The position numbers and the translations under genes were made by a program. From Escherichia phage NRG-P0074, in sequence record PQ480333.1: 64,000 nucleotides of DNA. One strand, written 5' to 3'. The notes beneath the pieces were generated by a model. The model was given only the letters and a program-made list of their open reading frames with translations, did no database searches and had not been told where the DNA came from. Positions 1-13,109 of the stretch are shown here, piece after piece. How positions within the stretch are numbered: the first letter of the stretch is position 1; each line of letters begins with the position of its first letter.

Positions 1-815
1 CAAAACGTTGCAGTATAAGTTGTCTCTTTTTGAATGTGTGATACCATTTCACACACCATTCGATATAATGAACGACCTGCTTCTGGAGCGGATGCGTAGC
101 TCAAGTCAATAAATCCGGTGTCAGTAATTCCAGTAACTTTATAACGTTTCGATACAGTAATTAAAGACTGAAGAATATCTTTATTAATTTCATCAGCCAT
201 TTCAGTAGCAAGCAAATCTTCTAAGAAGTTAGGGGCATCAAATCCATTCGCTTCCAAATCTTGCGCTAATTCAACCGTGAGGCCAGTTTTAAGTTTACGA
301 GATTTGACTGAAGTTTGCCATTTATTAATCTGGAATCTTGCATCAGAAATTTCGCTACCAGAGCTTTCAAATTTGCTTGTTATCGCTGCATCTGAAAATA
401 ACCGTACCTTCAAATGAACGACCGCAATCTGAAGAGCTAATTCTAGATCACTTTCTTGAATATCTGCAAATGGTGTATCTTCTAACACTTTATAGACGAT
501 ATTATTATATTTGAAAAAATCGCCTTTATTTAGTGTGACTTTTGATTCTTCTGTGAGCTCAGTAATTTTTTCTCGGTCTACATATCCAACTTCGCCAGCA
601 TAAGTAGCACCGGTTTTAAATGTGAATTCGTTATCTGGGTTAAGATATTTGATACCATAAAAAGCAGCAACAGGTTGATTAGTTCTTTGTGTTGCTACAA
701 TGTCAGAATATATTAATTTAGTCGTAGCGCGAGTCAAAGCAACGAGATTTGGGCGACCAATTGAGTTGCTAGTAGACGTTGTAGATTCACGCAATAATTT
801 TTGGATTTTACTCAT
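1..815 (-). CDS. 24: Capsid vertex protein gp24 (N-terminal 271 codons; 3' end runs off the window)
   Basis: Reverse translation from 815 gives MSKIQKLLRESTTSTSNSIGRPNLVALTRATTK..., matching remembered T4 gp24 N-terminus; AAGGA ribosome-binding site upstream on minus strand. Confidence 0.9.
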   Translation of the reverse strand, partial: MSKIQKLLRESTTSTSNSIGRPNLVALTRATTKLIYSDIVATQRTNQPVAAFYGIKYLNPDNEFTFKTGATYAGEVGYVDREKITELTEESKVTLNKGDFFKYNNIVYKVLEDTPFADIQESDLELALQIAVVHLKVRLFSDAAITSKFESSGSEISDARFQINKWQTSVKSRKLKTGLTVELAQDLEANGFDAPNFLEDLLATEMADEINKDILQSLITVSKRYKVTGITDTGFIDLSYASAPEAGRSLYRMVCEMVSHIQKETTYTATF

Positions 816-845
816 TGCATTTTTTCCTTATTGAGAATATAATTT

Positions 846-853
846 TATTTATA
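846..853 (-). promoter_or_regulatory. T4-type late promoter TATAAATA, about 30 bp upstream of gene 24
   Basis: Plus strand reads tatttata, i.e. TATAAATA on minus strand, correctly placed before the gene 24 start. Confidence 0.55.
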
Positions 854-859
854 AAAGTG

Positions 860-900
860 GTTTACACACAAAAAGCGTCGTGTTACTATAGACCTATCAA
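860..900 (+). promoter_or_regulatory. Early-type promoter (GTTTAC -35, TACTAT -10) followed by the recurrent tgttactatagacctatc motif
   Basis: gtttac at 860-865; tactat about 18 bp downstream; same cassette motif recurs at about 42238, 49283 and 50761. Confidence 0.5.
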
Positions 901-918
901 AACATGAGGAGATTAAAA

Positions 919-1185
919 ATGAACAAATTAAACTTTATCCGTACCACACTTTCTAACCTTGACAAAGACATCAAAGCTCTGGTAGAAAAATTTGGTACCA
1001 ATCCTAACGGTAATGCAGTTAATGCATTGGTTAAGAAATACGAAGCCCTGGCTTATGAAACTGACTTCTGGTGGAACGGTGAATATTCTACCCATACCAA
1101 AGACAAATCTGGTAACTGGCTGAAAATCCAAGAAAATCGTATTGACTTCCGTGATATCATCAACCGTCGTGTCAAAGCAGCGTAA
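919..1185 (+). CDS. Hypothetical small protein (88 aa), opposite strand to flanking late genes
   Basis: ORF with GAGGAG ribosome-binding site 7 nt upstream of ATG at 919; early promoter upstream; no family recognised. Confidence 0.5.
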   Translation: MNKLNFIRTTLSNLDKDIKALVEKFGTNPNGNAVNALVKKYEALAYETDFWWNGEYSTHTKDKSGNWLKIQENRIDFRDIINRRVKAA

Positions 1186-1188
1186 AAT

Positions 1189-1848
1189 ATGAATTATTTA
1201 ATTTACAAAATAACCAATCTCATTAATAACAAGATTTATGTTGGAGCCCATGCCACTACAGATGTTAACGATTCTTATATGGGTTCCGGGGTTAACATAG
1301 TAAAATCCATAAAGAAATACGGCTTAGAGAATTTTAAAAAGGAAATCCTTTTCAATTTCGAAACATCTGAAGAGATGTATGCTAAGGAAGCCGAACTAGT
1401 TGACGAGGCTTTTGTCATGAGAACAGATACTTATAATGCAGCCTTAGGCGGCAAGGGTAATCCTGTTATAGTAGCTTTACAGGAACCTGGGTATCGTGAG
1501 ATGTTATCCAAAAAGACAAAAGCTGGTATGACTGAAGAAGTTCGGGCCAAAATATCTAAAAAGAAATTAGGTTCTAAAGAATCTAAAGAACATCGAGAAA
1601 ACAAATCTATAGCAAATAAAAAGTTTTATAAAAATAGAGATTCTCATCTTAAAGGTAGAAAACTATCAGAAGAGCATAAAGCAAAAATTAGAAAGAATTC
1701 TAATAAAGGTAAGAAATTTGTATTTGTGGATATTTCTATTAAAGGTCATGAATTTAACCACTACGATTACGCTGCCGAATTCTTTAACGTATCCGCAAAA
1801 ACTATAAGAAATTGGATTAATGAACGCGATGATTGTTTTAAGCTATAG
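1189..1848 (+). CDS. GIY-YIG homing endonuclease (Seg-like) with NUMOD3-like basic repeats
   Basis: N-terminal YLIYKITNLINNKIYVGAH matches the GIY...YIG motif; C-terminal lysine-rich repeats (KGRKLSEEHKAKIRKNS) typical of Seg/I-TevI-like DNA-binding modules; sits between genes 23 and 24 where T4 carries segD. Confidence 0.75.
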   Translation: MNYLIYKITNLINNKIYVGAHATTDVNDSYMGSGVNIVKSIKKYGLENFKKEILFNFETSEEMYAKEAELVDEAFVMRTDTYNAALGGKGNPVIVALQEPGYREMLSKKTKAGMTEEVRAKISKKKLGSKESKEHRENKSIANKKFYKNRDSHLKGRKLSEEHKAKIRKNSNKGKKFVFVDISIKGHEFNHYDYAAEFFNVSAKTIRNWINERDDCFKL

Positions 1849-1858
1849 AAACAAGAAT

Positions 1859-1876
1859 GGGAGACCGGAGTCTCCC
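1859..1876. terminator. Stem-loop between convergent gene 23 and the GIY-YIG gene (candidate bidirectional terminator)
   Basis: gggagac-cgga-gtctccc perfect 7-bp stem immediately after both stop codons; T-rich flank on minus strand. Confidence 0.5.
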
Positions 1877-1905
1877 ATAAGGTTATGTATTTTAACGTTA
1901 AAGCA

Positions 1906-3474
1906 TTAAATTCCTTTAACGTAGACGCGTCTAAAGTAAGCGTTCTTACCAAGGCTGTTCAGGATAGACGGCATACCGGACTGGATGCGAGCACCTGGAG
2001 CCTGCAGGGAACTTTCAGCAAACGGGTTAACACCGATACCGTAACGAGTTTTAAAGCCCATTACCGGCTGGAAGTTCTTAGGATCGGAACCACGCAGTGG
2101 GGTAAGTGCAACGTAAGGAGCATAGTAAATACCTGCATCCATTTCATTAGCGCCTTTGTAACCAACGGTGAAGTAATCCTGTTTAGCATACTGGTCGATG
2201 TATACGCGGTATTTACCACCAAGTACACCGGCAAATACAGACTTAGTAGTGTCGGTATTAAAACCAGAAGCCAGACCCTGTGCAGCGTAAGAAATACCAG
2301 TATCAACTGAAGCCAGTACGTTAACTACGTTACGGGAAGCGATAATGAAGTTACCTTCACCACGACCGGTTTGACGAGCAATTTCAACTGCTTCTTTATC
2401 AATCTGGAACAACAGAGATTTAAAGCTTTCACCGGCCCAACGAGCACCACGGATATCAATCGGGTCCTGGAAGTCAAATACACCAGCTTTAGAACCCGGA
2501 GTCAGGGTCATACCAGATTTACCGACCTGTGCTGAGTAGTTAATCCAATCAACAACTTCACGGTTGATTTCTAGCATAATTTCAGTAGCAAGAATACCGC
2601 TCAGTTCAGCATCAGCATCCATACCGTGTACTGCACGGAGGTCTTGTGCCAATTCGATGGAGTAAGCTGCTTTCAGCTGACGAGATTTAGCTTCGATAAC
2701 TTGTTTATCGATACGGAAGCCCATTTCATTCCATGGGTTATCGGTAGAACCGTTGAAACCTTCCTGGAGTTCAGCGATAGAAGTAGCCATACCTTCAGCG
2801 ATTTCTACCAGTGCACCAGCTTCCATTTGTTTCTTAACTTCGGCATCTAATTTAGCAGCATCAGTCGCACCGGCATCGATTGTTACTTGAACAGAAGCTT
2901 GCAGATATACAGTACCAGTTTCCTGGAAGAAGTGAGTATAGATATCACCTACTGTGGTTTGTGTGCTAGCAGCCAGAGCTGGGAATTTCTTAGCAGCACC
3001 CTGACCAGAGAACATAGCGTCTGGAGCATACATCGGATGGAAAGCTTCTTTAGCGTCAGCAGCGATAGGGTCTTTACCATATACTGCACGGAGAGCAAAT
3101 ACCTGACCGGTCGGGCTGTTCATAGGCTGAACACCACAAATACCAAAAGCAATCAGATTAGGAATAGCACGACGAACCATACCCATAACTGCCGGCCCAA
3201 TTTGGGTTACTGCACCAGAGGTTTGACCTGCTGCGATGTTCTGAGCATTATAACCATGGTCACCACCAATTTCAGCTTCGGTCAAGAAAGAACCAAATGC
3301 CTGAGCGATTTTCTCGTCTTTATATTCAGGGGATACTTCGAAATCTTTTTCCTGGTTTTCGAAGATTTTAGCGATAATAGCCTGCTTGCTATTAGCGATT
3401 TCCGGCAGGCCTTCACCTTCCAGCAGTTCTTTCCATTTGTCTACGAGCTGAGCTTTAGTTTTGATAGTAGTCAT
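1906..3474 (-). CDS. 23: Major capsid protein gp23
   Basis: 522 aa, MTTIKTKAQLVDKWKELLEGEGLPEIANSKQAIIAKIFENQEKDF..., near-identical to remembered T4 gp23 across its length. Confidence 0.97.
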   Translation of the reverse strand: MTTIKTKAQLVDKWKELLEGEGLPEIANSKQAIIAKIFENQEKDFEVSPEYKDEKIAQAFGSFLTEAEIGGDHGYNAQNIAAGQTSGAVTQIGPAVMGMVRRAIPNLIAFGICGVQPMNSPTGQVFALRAVYGKDPIAADAKEAFHPMYAPDAMFSGQGAAKKFPALAASTQTTVGDIYTHFFQETGTVYLQASVQVTIDAGATDAAKLDAEVKKQMEAGALVEIAEGMATSIAELQEGFNGSTDNPWNEMGFRIDKQVIEAKSRQLKAAYSIELAQDLRAVHGMDADAELSGILATEIMLEINREVVDWINYSAQVGKSGMTLTPGSKAGVFDFQDPIDIRGARWAGESFKSLLFQIDKEAVEIARQTGRGEGNFIIASRNVVNVLASVDTGISYAAQGLASGFNTDTTKSVFAGVLGGKYRVYIDQYAKQDYFTVGYKGANEMDAGIYYAPYVALTPLRGSDPKNFQPVMGFKTRYGIGVNPFAESSLQAPGARIQSGMPSILNSLGKNAYFRRVYVKGI

Positions 3475-3491
3475 TTGTGTTAACCTTTAAA

Positions 3492-4304
3492 TTAGAAACG
3501 AGATGCGACTTTCGCATATAAACTTACATTAGAATTCTGTTCTACCTGAGTTGTGGTAGTGTCAACTGCTTCGGCAACAAAATTAAGACCGGCAGCGTCA
3601 TTGTCAACTGTATTTATACTTTCGGTAATAGCGGCTTCTTCTTTAGTAGAACCTTTAACCATTTCTACAATAGCAGTTAACTTAGTACCAAATGCGTCAG
3701 AATAATCCATACCTTCAACCAGGCCAATAACTTTTTCTTTCTGAGATTCAGTCAAGTCTTTTACGCTTTCATTAATAGCGGTTTCACGCTGAACGTAATT
3801 GATATATGCATCACGTTTGGTAACTTCTTCGAACAAACGAGCGGTTTCTTCTTTATGTTCGGCCAGCTCTTCTTCCATTTCTGCTACAACATCTACAGAT
3901 TCTTCTGGAACAACAACGTTATGTTCAACAAACAGTTCTTTCAGACCACCAAGCATGGATTCGAACAAATCAGCTTTAATGCCTTTATCAACTGCGATTT
4001 GGTTTTCTGTGAGCCATTCTTTTGCAAGATGGTCTAGGAATTTAGAAGCTTGTTCAGCCAATTTTTTATCAGCTTTCTCTTCAGCATCTTCTTTAGCCTT
4101 TTCAACTTCTTCTTCGGCTTTTTCGGCGATAGCTTTGATATGAGATTCAGCTAGTTTGACTGCTTCCTGCTTAACGGTGGCTTCGAATACAGTGCTGAAA
4201 TTAGCTTTAACGTCCGGAGACAGTTCTACTGATTCGAAAACACTATTAAGAGCAACTGAAGTCTCGATATTCTGAGCTTCTTTCAAAAGTTGTTCTTTGA
4301 TCAT
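3492..4304 (-). CDS. 22: Prohead core scaffold protein gp22
   Basis: 270 aa acidic, coiled-coil-rich protein between 21 and 23; T4 gene order. Confidence 0.85.
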   Translation of the reverse strand: MIKEQLLKEAQNIETSVALNSVFESVELSPDVKANFSTVFEATVKQEAVKLAESHIKAIAEKAEEEVEKAKEDAEEKADKKLAEQASKFLDHLAKEWLTENQIAVDKGIKADLFESMLGGLKELFVEHNVVVPEESVDVVAEMEEELAEHKEETARLFEEVTKRDAYINYVQRETAINESVKDLTESQKEKVIGLVEGMDYSDAFGTKLTAIVEMVKGSTKEEAAITESINTVDNDAAGLNFVAEAVDTTTTQVEQNSNVSLYAKVASRF

Positions 4305-4337
4305 TTTAGTGTCCTGTGGTTTAGATTACATTATTAT

Positions 4338-4979
4338 TTATAATGCTTTTAAACTCTCTGCGAGAGCTTTAAATGCTTCATCAGCACTGTTTTTGGTGAT
4401 TTCCACCGAATTTTCTGATTCTGATATTTGTTTAGGAGTAACCCAAGCATCTGGAGCAGAAGGTCCCCATACGGCATCTACGCCGACGGTTAATTTAAAT
4501 CCTTCGTTCACGATACGGTACCCTTTATTGGTGTCGGTTAAAGAACCAAGACCACGAGAGGAAACACCTGGAATCCAACCAGCTCGTATATTAGCAGCTA
4601 ATTTATCACCGGGACCATGGTCGCCTTCAATAATTCTAGCGCGTCCATATACATCGTTTCCTTTCCACCACATATCTTCAATAATGATAGCGGCTTGCAT
4701 AGGGTCAACATTTGCGCGAGGTGGATGGTTTAATTCTCCAAGGGCTTGTTTGGTTGCGACTTGTTCTTTAATATAGTCACTTACTGCTTTTTCCAAAACG
4801 CGTTTAGGATATAAACGTTTATTTCGGTTAACAACCTCTGCCTGAAGAAAAATACCTTCTATATAAAGCCCTGGTTTTAAGCCAGAATCTTTTCCATCAT
4901 GAGATTCCAACATTGGAACGCCATCAATAATCTCACCGGGTTGACCCCAAGTTTCAATAAGTAACTCGGGTTTATTCAT
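4338..4979 (-). CDS. 21: Prohead core protease gp21
   Basis: 213 aa, [31 protein letters not shown]... matches remembered T4 gp21. Confidence 0.88.
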   Translation of the reverse strand: MNKPELLIETWGQPGEIIDGVPMLESHDGKDSGLKPGLYIEGIFLQAEVVNRNKRLYPKRVLEKAVSDYIKEQVATKQALGELNHPPRANVDPMQAAIIIEDMWWKGNDVYGRARIIEGDHGPGDKLAANIRAGWIPGVSSRGLGSLTDTNKGYRIVNEGFKLTVGVDAVWGPSAPDAWVTPKQISESENSVEITKNSADEAFKALAESLKAL

Positions 4980-5404
4980 TAGCTTAATCCTAATGCTTTA
5001 CGACGTTTAAGAGCCTTTTTACGCTTACGCAAGCCTTTAACTTGGCCTGAAGGGTTAGCTTTTTTAGCTTTAACGACCTTACGAGCGATTTGTCTACGTT
5101 TTGCTTTAGAAAGACCAGTTGTTTGGAACGCATTACGTTCACGAGTTTTACGGTCTTTAGTGCGGGTGACTTCACCACGAGAAGAAACATGTTTAACGAT
5201 AAACTCATTTAACTGTTCTTCATTAATAATGGAAGCCATTGCAACAGCTAAATCCGTTTCAGTTTCAAGCATGTTCTCGATAATAGTATTTATATCGTCA
5301 ATATCGAGAGCAGAAGACAATGCATCGATTCGGCCCTGTGCTTCAGGAATAAGTGCTTCGACATTTTCGAGTACCAATTCATAAGATTCAGGGATAAGAT
5401 ACAT
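4979..5404 (-). CDS. 68: Prohead core protein gp68
   Basis: 141 aa, position between 67 and 21, basic C-terminus; T4 synteny. Confidence 0.7.
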   Translation of the reverse strand: MYLIPESYELVLENVEALIPEAQGRIDALSSALDIDDINTIIENMLETETDLAVAMASIINEEQLNEFIVKHVSSRGEVTRTKDRKTRERNAFQTTGLSKAKRRQIARKVVKAKKANPSGQVKGLRKRKKALKRRKALGLS

Positions 5405-5640
5405 TATTCATCGTCCTCATCATCTTCGTCTTCGTCGTCATCGCCTTCATCAGCGTCGTCTTCCGAAGCTTTAGCTTTCTTTTCTTCTTCAGGTTCTTCG
5501 CCTTCAATCAAAAATTGAGAAGCGATTTCTGCTTTGCGTGCTTCAATCAAACGAACCGTTTTTTCTGCCATTGCACTTTCAAAAAACTTTCGAGTAGCAA
5601 CGAGGTCGTTTGATTTAATAGCTTGAATTAAATCGTCCAT
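5404..5640 (-). CDS. 67: Prohead core protein gp67
   Basis: 78 aa with strongly acidic C-terminal tail ([12 protein letters not shown]), position after gene 20. Confidence 0.7.
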   Translation of the reverse strand: MDDLIQAIKSNDLVATRKFFESAMAEKTVRLIEARKAEIASQFLIEGEEPEEEKKAKASEDDADEGDDDEDEDDEDDE

Positions 5641-7211
5641 TAAAAATCCTCTTGTTCTTGGTCGGGGTCTTGGAAACGAGCCTCTTTCGACTCTTCTTCA
5701 ATTTGCTTAGCCTCTTGTTCAATTTCCTCGTCAGACATCTGAAGAATATCTTTCATAGCTGTTCTGTGAGAAATATATTTACCAATAAATGGTTCGGCCA
5801 TCTGAAGCATATTAATGCGACGCTCCAGAATCTCAGCATCCTTTAATTCCGAGAAATAACTATCCCGATGAAATTTTATCTTAATATTATTTATTTCAAC
5901 ATTCCACTCATCTTCTGTAATAATTCCTTTAAGAATTAAATTAGTTTTAAGCGGGTCTAGGAATATCTCTTCAAATTTATGTTGCAGCTCACGAATAAAT
6001 TTACCAAATGACAATTCATCTCGTGTAATAGAAGTACCAGCATCAAACTGTATACCACCTTGGTCACTTGGAATACGGGTAATAGGAATACGTAAAGCCA
6101 TATAAAGCGCATTACGGAACCAACGTACATCTTCCATATTTCCGGTATTATCTGCACCTGGTAATGTATCAACTTCTGTTACTGCTTTACCGTCACGTCG
6201 TTGTAACCAATAATCCTCGGTCATCGACATAATATGCTGCTGGTTTTTAATCTTGCCTGTAGTAGCATCATATGCAATACGGTTTTTCATCGTATTCATA
6301 ACATGTTGCATATGTTCTGCTGCTTTTCTTGAAGGCATATTACCTGTATCAACGTACCATACACGACGATCAGGAGCACGAGTAATACGATAAATTACGA
6401 CGGCATCTTCAAGAAGTTTTAATTGGTTCGCTGGCTTAATAGCCCGATGCAAATAACCGATGATATTTTTACCACAACAATCAACTAAACCAGAATGGGC
6501 GTAAACAATCGCGGCTTTAGGGATTTTTATTTTTGTGCCCGCTTCATATATGCGACCATCACAAGCATAAGATTCGTGTGATGTGTCATAAATGAAATAT
6601 TCTTTATAACCCTTGACTATTTTAACGCCGGCTTCAGTGGTTGTAATAACTTCACGGACATATTGAACTTGACGTGGGTCTAAACGACGAAGCTCTTTAA
6701 TACCTTCTTTAGGACGTTTAGGGTCAATAATTTTATGGAAGAAAATTCGAGAATCTACATACCAACGCCTAAAATGGTCTGAACCTTTACGTTGGAAAGA
6801 TAAATGATTCAACACTTCGTTAAATTCATCCAACATCATTGATTTTATATTTGGACTAAATTTTGTGTTGTCTAAATTTATAGAAACGACTTCTGTATCA
6901 TCTTCATATACGATAGCATCGGAAACTATTTCAGAGACTGCATTATCCACTTCATAGTTCGTCATCAAATTTCGATACGTATCGATTAATTCACGGGTTG
7001 ATTTGAGCCCTGGTTCTTGACTACCGAACATTCTCTGAAACATAGCATTATATGTTTGCTGTGCTTCATTTTCAGATACTTCGTATTCTTTAGCACCGTC
7101 GTCTAATTTTGGTGCGGTGATAGATTCTAAATTTTCTTTTTCTTGGTCTTTGTAATCACGTTCGTCCATTTTTGCCCATGGAGCAAACAAACTTAAGATA
7201 TTAAATTTCAT
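5640..7211 (-). CDS. 20: Portal vertex protein gp20
   Basis: 523 aa; size, order and sequence character match T4 gp20. Confidence 0.9.
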   Translation of the reverse strand: MKFNILSLFAPWAKMDERDYKDQEKENLESITAPKLDDGAKEYEVSENEAQQTYNAMFQRMFGSQEPGLKSTRELIDTYRNLMTNYEVDNAVSEIVSDAIVYEDDTEVVSINLDNTKFSPNIKSMMLDEFNEVLNHLSFQRKGSDHFRRWYVDSRIFFHKIIDPKRPKEGIKELRRLDPRQVQYVREVITTTEAGVKIVKGYKEYFIYDTSHESYACDGRIYEAGTKIKIPKAAIVYAHSGLVDCCGKNIIGYLHRAIKPANQLKLLEDAVVIYRITRAPDRRVWYVDTGNMPSRKAAEHMQHVMNTMKNRIAYDATTGKIKNQQHIMSMTEDYWLQRRDGKAVTEVDTLPGADNTGNMEDVRWFRNALYMALRIPITRIPSDQGGIQFDAGTSITRDELSFGKFIRELQHKFEEIFLDPLKTNLILKGIITEDEWNVEINNIKIKFHRDSYFSELKDAEILERRINMLQMAEPFIGKYISHRTAMKDILQMSDEEIEQEAKQIEEESKEARFQDPDQEQEDF

Positions 7212-7239
7212 TGTATTCTCCGAATGGGAATTATAGTTA

Positions 7240-7247
7240 TATTTATA
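7240..7247 (-). promoter_or_regulatory. Late promoter TATAAATA upstream of gene 20
   Basis: Plus strand tatttata about 30 bp upstream of the gp20 start at 7211. Confidence 0.5.
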
Positions 7248-7295
7248 TGGACTTCTCCGTCATCACGGGAAGCTGGGGATTTCTCCCCAACCGGA

Positions 7296-7787
7296 TTATT
7301 CCCACCAATCAAGAGCAAGAGTTACTTCGAACGTTTCAATCTCGTTATTGCTGTCCCAGTCAAGAGATACTTCGCCAACGTTAGTAGGCCACAAGCCGAC
7401 AATTTCAACTTCTTTAGTGACCGTTTTAGCATCACGGGCAAATTGACGAACGATAGCAGACTTTTTATATTCAGCAGGTTTACCACCGGTAATTTCATTA
7501 CCTTGTCCTGCTGCAATACCTTGCCAATCAACAAATTTCTGACGAATGCTATGAGCATCATCGTTCATTACTGTAATAGTCCAATCATCGAATGTACGAT
7601 CACCGGCCACGTTAATTTTACGGTTCATATAAGAAACAGGAACCTTTTCAACGATCGCAGCAGGAAGAGCCGTAGCACGACACTGGAAGCTAAAGTTTTG
7701 CCCAAGATAAGAGATTTCTACTTCGAACAGGTTAGGGCGAGCGAAATCACCTGATTCGAAGGCACGAGTTACGTCATCTACAAACAT
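7296..7787 (-). CDS. 19: Tail tube protein gp19
   Basis: 163 aa; T4 order between 18 and 20. Confidence 0.85.
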   Translation of the reverse strand: MFVDDVTRAFESGDFARPNLFEVEISYLGQNFSFQCRATALPAAIVEKVPVSYMNRKINVAGDRTFDDWTITVMNDDAHSIRQKFVDWQGIAAGQGNEITGGKPAEYKKSAIVRQFARDAKTVTKEVEIVGLWPTNVGEVSLDWDSNNEIETFEVTLALDWWE

Positions 7788-7859
7788 ATTAGCCTCTGTA
7801 GTAATATGGGCTTAGGATTAACCGGATGCCCATAGAATTAATTTTTAAACGATATAGTA

Positions 7860-7867
7860 TATTTATA
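7860..7867 (-). promoter_or_regulatory. Late promoter TATAAATA between genes 18 and 19
   Basis: Plus strand tatttata; adjacent hairpin gggcta-ccgaaa-tagccc at 7869-7886 downstream of the gp18 stop. Confidence 0.45.
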
Positions 7868-7899
7868 TGGGCTACCGAAATAGCCCATCAGGCGTCTTA

Positions 7900-9882
7900 T
7901 TAGGCACCTACAGCACCAATTAGTTCGTCGAAATCAGCACCCGTTGCTGTTGCTACAAAGTTCAACGTAATATAATTTATCGATCTCGCAGGTTGTAAGT
8001 AGAAAGTAGCTACAAATTCATTACGGTCGATAACTGCTGGTGTGTTATTGGTAGTATCACAAACAACTTTAAAGTTATATACACCACCAAGAGCTTTAAT
8101 ACCCTGTAGATATTGAGAAGTCTCTGTACGGAAAGAAGAACGGGTAAATGCGTTGTTCAATTCAAACAGGCGATATTTAGATGCTGAACCAATGTTCGTT
8201 TTAACCATATTGAACAAACGACGAACGTTAATACGGTCAAATGGTGAAGGAACAGAAGTGGCAGTTTTATCACCATACAGAACATACCCATCACCACCGG
8301 TACCAGTAACAGGGTTAATAGCTTCCTGGTACAAACGATCACGCTGCGCTTGGCGAGTTTCAATTGCAAGCTTAATAACGTTAAGAATTTGTCCACGGTT
8401 ATAACCGGCTGGAGACATCCAAGGCTGAGAAATATTGTCTGTGCGAGCACAAAGACCAGCAATATCAGCAGCTAATGGAACCCAACGATTCACGTCATTA
8501 TATTTGTCATATTGATATTTATAGTTACCGTCAATAGCAGCGTAAGTAGAACTTACATTAAAGTTATTATCAGTGTAAGTTCCTGACGCAGTACGCCAAT
8601 CAACCAGATTATCAACTGCACGATTAACAGGAATACCGACTATAGTTGCACGTGGTGGTGAGCAAAGAACCAAACAATCTTGGCGAGAATCACCAATTGC
8701 TACAACATGTTTCTGAACTGTAGAAGCAACTTCTAAAGATTCACCTGCACAAGAACCGGCAATAAACAACTGCGCATTAACAGATTCGCGGTCAGCAAAC
8801 AAATCCCAAGCTTCCATTAAATCACCAGCGTCAACCGTTTCATTAGATGATAAGCCGCCGCCCAGTTTGATTACGCCAGAGAAACCTTTTGGCCAACCTT
8901 GTGCAGTAGCGAAAATATAATTGCTTGCGCCTTTAGCAAAGAAATCATCAATAAAGATATTACTACCATAAATATCGCGTTCACCACGTTTAGTAGAAAG
9001 AACTACACTCTGGACTACAGCATCGTTACGACGAACGATAATTGCATATTGGTCATCAGTTTGTGGGCCATACCCAAAGATTGCTTTAGCAGTAGATGCA
9101 CGAGTACCACCATCAGGATAAATTTTTAACTGGGCTGAAGCACCTTTGTCATAGTCTGCTTTAGATACGATTTCAATTTCGAGCTGGTCGCCAAGTTCAC
9201 CAGGATAAAGAGCAACTACGCCTGGGACACCATATTTTTTAATAGATTCTTGGAAAGTTAGAGAAGTAATAGCTTCTTCAGAAGTTTCAACTTCAGTTAA
9301 CAGAATACCCGAATCGGTTACGATAGAACCAATTGTAATAACGCCAGAAAGTCCAGAAGAAGAACTGGCAACTTCGGCGGTCCAGTTAGAACCCAATGCC
9401 GGATATTCATTAATTTCTTTTGCACGAGCAATAATTTTACCGGTTGGGATATAAATGTTAAGAATTTTACCATCGACATCAACTGAAGTGACATAACCAT
9501 CTGCTTCAACAGTTTCAGTCAAATACTTAACGATAATTTTATCACCAACTGCATAGTTACTACCAGTAGCAGAGATTGTGAATTCAATATTGCCTGCTAC
9601 AGGAGATGAGTTCTTAGCAGCATCACGATCAACTGCGCGTACAACACGAAGGTCATTACCATATTGAAGGAAGTTCATAGCAGACATGAAATAATCTGCT
9701 GTATCCGTATTAGGAGTACCAAACATATCAACCAATGCAACTTCATCAGTGATTTGTTTAATCTGGAATGCAGGTCCCCATTGGAATTTTCCAGCCAGGG
9801 CAGCAGTACCAGTGGAGTTATTAACTACAGTACTCTGTACGGTAGTTTCTTTGAGCTCAACGCCCGGAGAGAGAAGTGCCAT
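7900..9882 (-). CDS. 18: Tail sheath protein gp18
   Basis: 660 aa; T4 gp18 size and order. Confidence 0.9.
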   Translation of the reverse strand: MALLSPGVELKETTVQSTVVNNSTGTAALAGKFQWGPAFQIKQITDEVALVDMFGTPNTDTADYFMSAMNFLQYGNDLRVVRAVDRDAAKNSSPVAGNIEFTISATGSNYAVGDKIIVKYLTETVEADGYVTSVDVDGKILNIYIPTGKIIARAKEINEYPALGSNWTAEVASSSSGLSGVITIGSIVTDSGILLTEVETSEEAITSLTFQESIKKYGVPGVVALYPGELGDQLEIEIVSKADYDKGASAQLKIYPDGGTRASTAKAIFGYGPQTDDQYAIIVRRNDAVVQSVVLSTKRGERDIYGSNIFIDDFFAKGASNYIFATAQGWPKGFSGVIKLGGGLSSNETVDAGDLMEAWDLFADRESVNAQLFIAGSCAGESLEVASTVQKHVVAIGDSRQDCLVLCSPPRATIVGIPVNRAVDNLVDWRTASGTYTDNNFNVSSTYAAIDGNYKYQYDKYNDVNRWVPLAADIAGLCARTDNISQPWMSPAGYNRGQILNVIKLAIETRQAQRDRLYQEAINPVTGTGGDGYVLYGDKTATSVPSPFDRINVRRLFNMVKTNIGSASKYRLFELNNAFTRSSFRTETSQYLQGIKALGGVYNFKVVCDTTNNTPAVIDRNEFVATFYLQPARSINYITLNFVATATGADFDELIGAVGA

Positions 9883-9912
9883 TTTAATTCCTCTTAATTT
9901 GCTTTATTTTAT

Positions 9913-12235
<2,323 letters not shown>

Positions 12236-13060
12236 TTATTGTTTTCTAGGACCAGGAGGGGTTGGTGGAGTCGGGATTGGAATATCATGAGTATAAGTTT
12301 GTTCAACTTCACCATTCCAATCTTGTGCTTCAACGTCTCTCGGTTTAATTTCTGTATCAACTGATTCAAAAACACTGGCGGCTGTTTGAAGGTCTCGTTC
12401 ATTAGCATGAAAATCAAGATAAGTCGTTTTAATAAGGCCTTCGGCTGCGCCTACCGGAGGATACATCCATCCATTTACTTCAAATGTTAATGACCACTCT
12501 AAACGTCGACGGGATAAATTATCACCGTCTATTTGTTCATCCATTGCTGCTGCCATCCATACGACTTTAATATCCCTTTCAAATGGAATATCCTGCCCAT
12601 ATTGCTCAATCATAGTCGTATTAAAATGCGGCTGAAAATATGGAATAATTTGCTCAACGATTTGGAACATATCATCTTCATAACGAGTAAAGATGCTCAG
12701 TTCAAAAATCATTTTAATTGGTGATGGGTTGTATTGGTCTACAATATCCTTAGTCGATTTACTCAAAAGAGAGTTATTCAATATATTCGTTTTAAACGTT
12801 GGGTTATAAACGAAATCTACCATTTGGAGATTTATACGTGGTAGAATAGTTTCGACTTTAGCCACATCTTCTTGTGAGTTTATAGAGGTCCATTTATTAA
12901 GTTTCATCATAAAGTGCTCTTTAGATGCATACGTAATAGGAACTCTAATTAATTTATTGCCTGTAGACAATTGACGGTTAACTTGGATATTTGAAAACAA
13001 ATCGCCCATCATTGTGATATATCGCCTGAACGACGAGTTGTAAAAATAGCCAAACATCAT
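12236..13060 (-). CDS. 15: Tail sheath stabiliser / tail completion protein gp15
   Basis: 274 aa, T4 synteny. Confidence 0.8.
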   Translation of the reverse strand: MMFGYFYNSSFRRYITMMGDLFSNIQVNRQLSTGNKLIRVPITYASKEHFMMKLNKWTSINSQEDVAKVETILPRINLQMVDFVYNPTFKTNILNNSLLSKSTKDIVDQYNPSPIKMIFELSIFTRYEDDMFQIVEQIIPYFQPHFNTTMIEQYGQDIPFERDIKVVWMAAAMDEQIDGDNLSRRRLEWSLTFEVNGWMYPPVGAAEGLIKTTYLDFHANERDLQTAASVFESVDTEIKPRDVEAQDWNGEVEQTYTHDIPIPTPPTPPGPRKQ

Positions 13061-13109
13061 TTCTCCTAACCGGCCTTTCGACCGGTGTTTGCTTTATCTT
13101 ATCTATTTA

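Noticed and set aside
2887-4776. Plus-strand ORFs of 60-198 aa nested inside minus-strand genes 23, 22 and 21 (for example 2887..3483, 3799..4143, 4297..4776)
   Set aside because: They lie antisense within highly conserved structural genes, lack ribosome-binding sites and have low-complexity composition; shadow ORFs
7274-7287. ggggatttctcccc hairpin after gene 19, considered as a terminator
   Set aside because: No U-run follows on the minus strand; may be an RNA stability element, but evidence is insufficient to call a terminator
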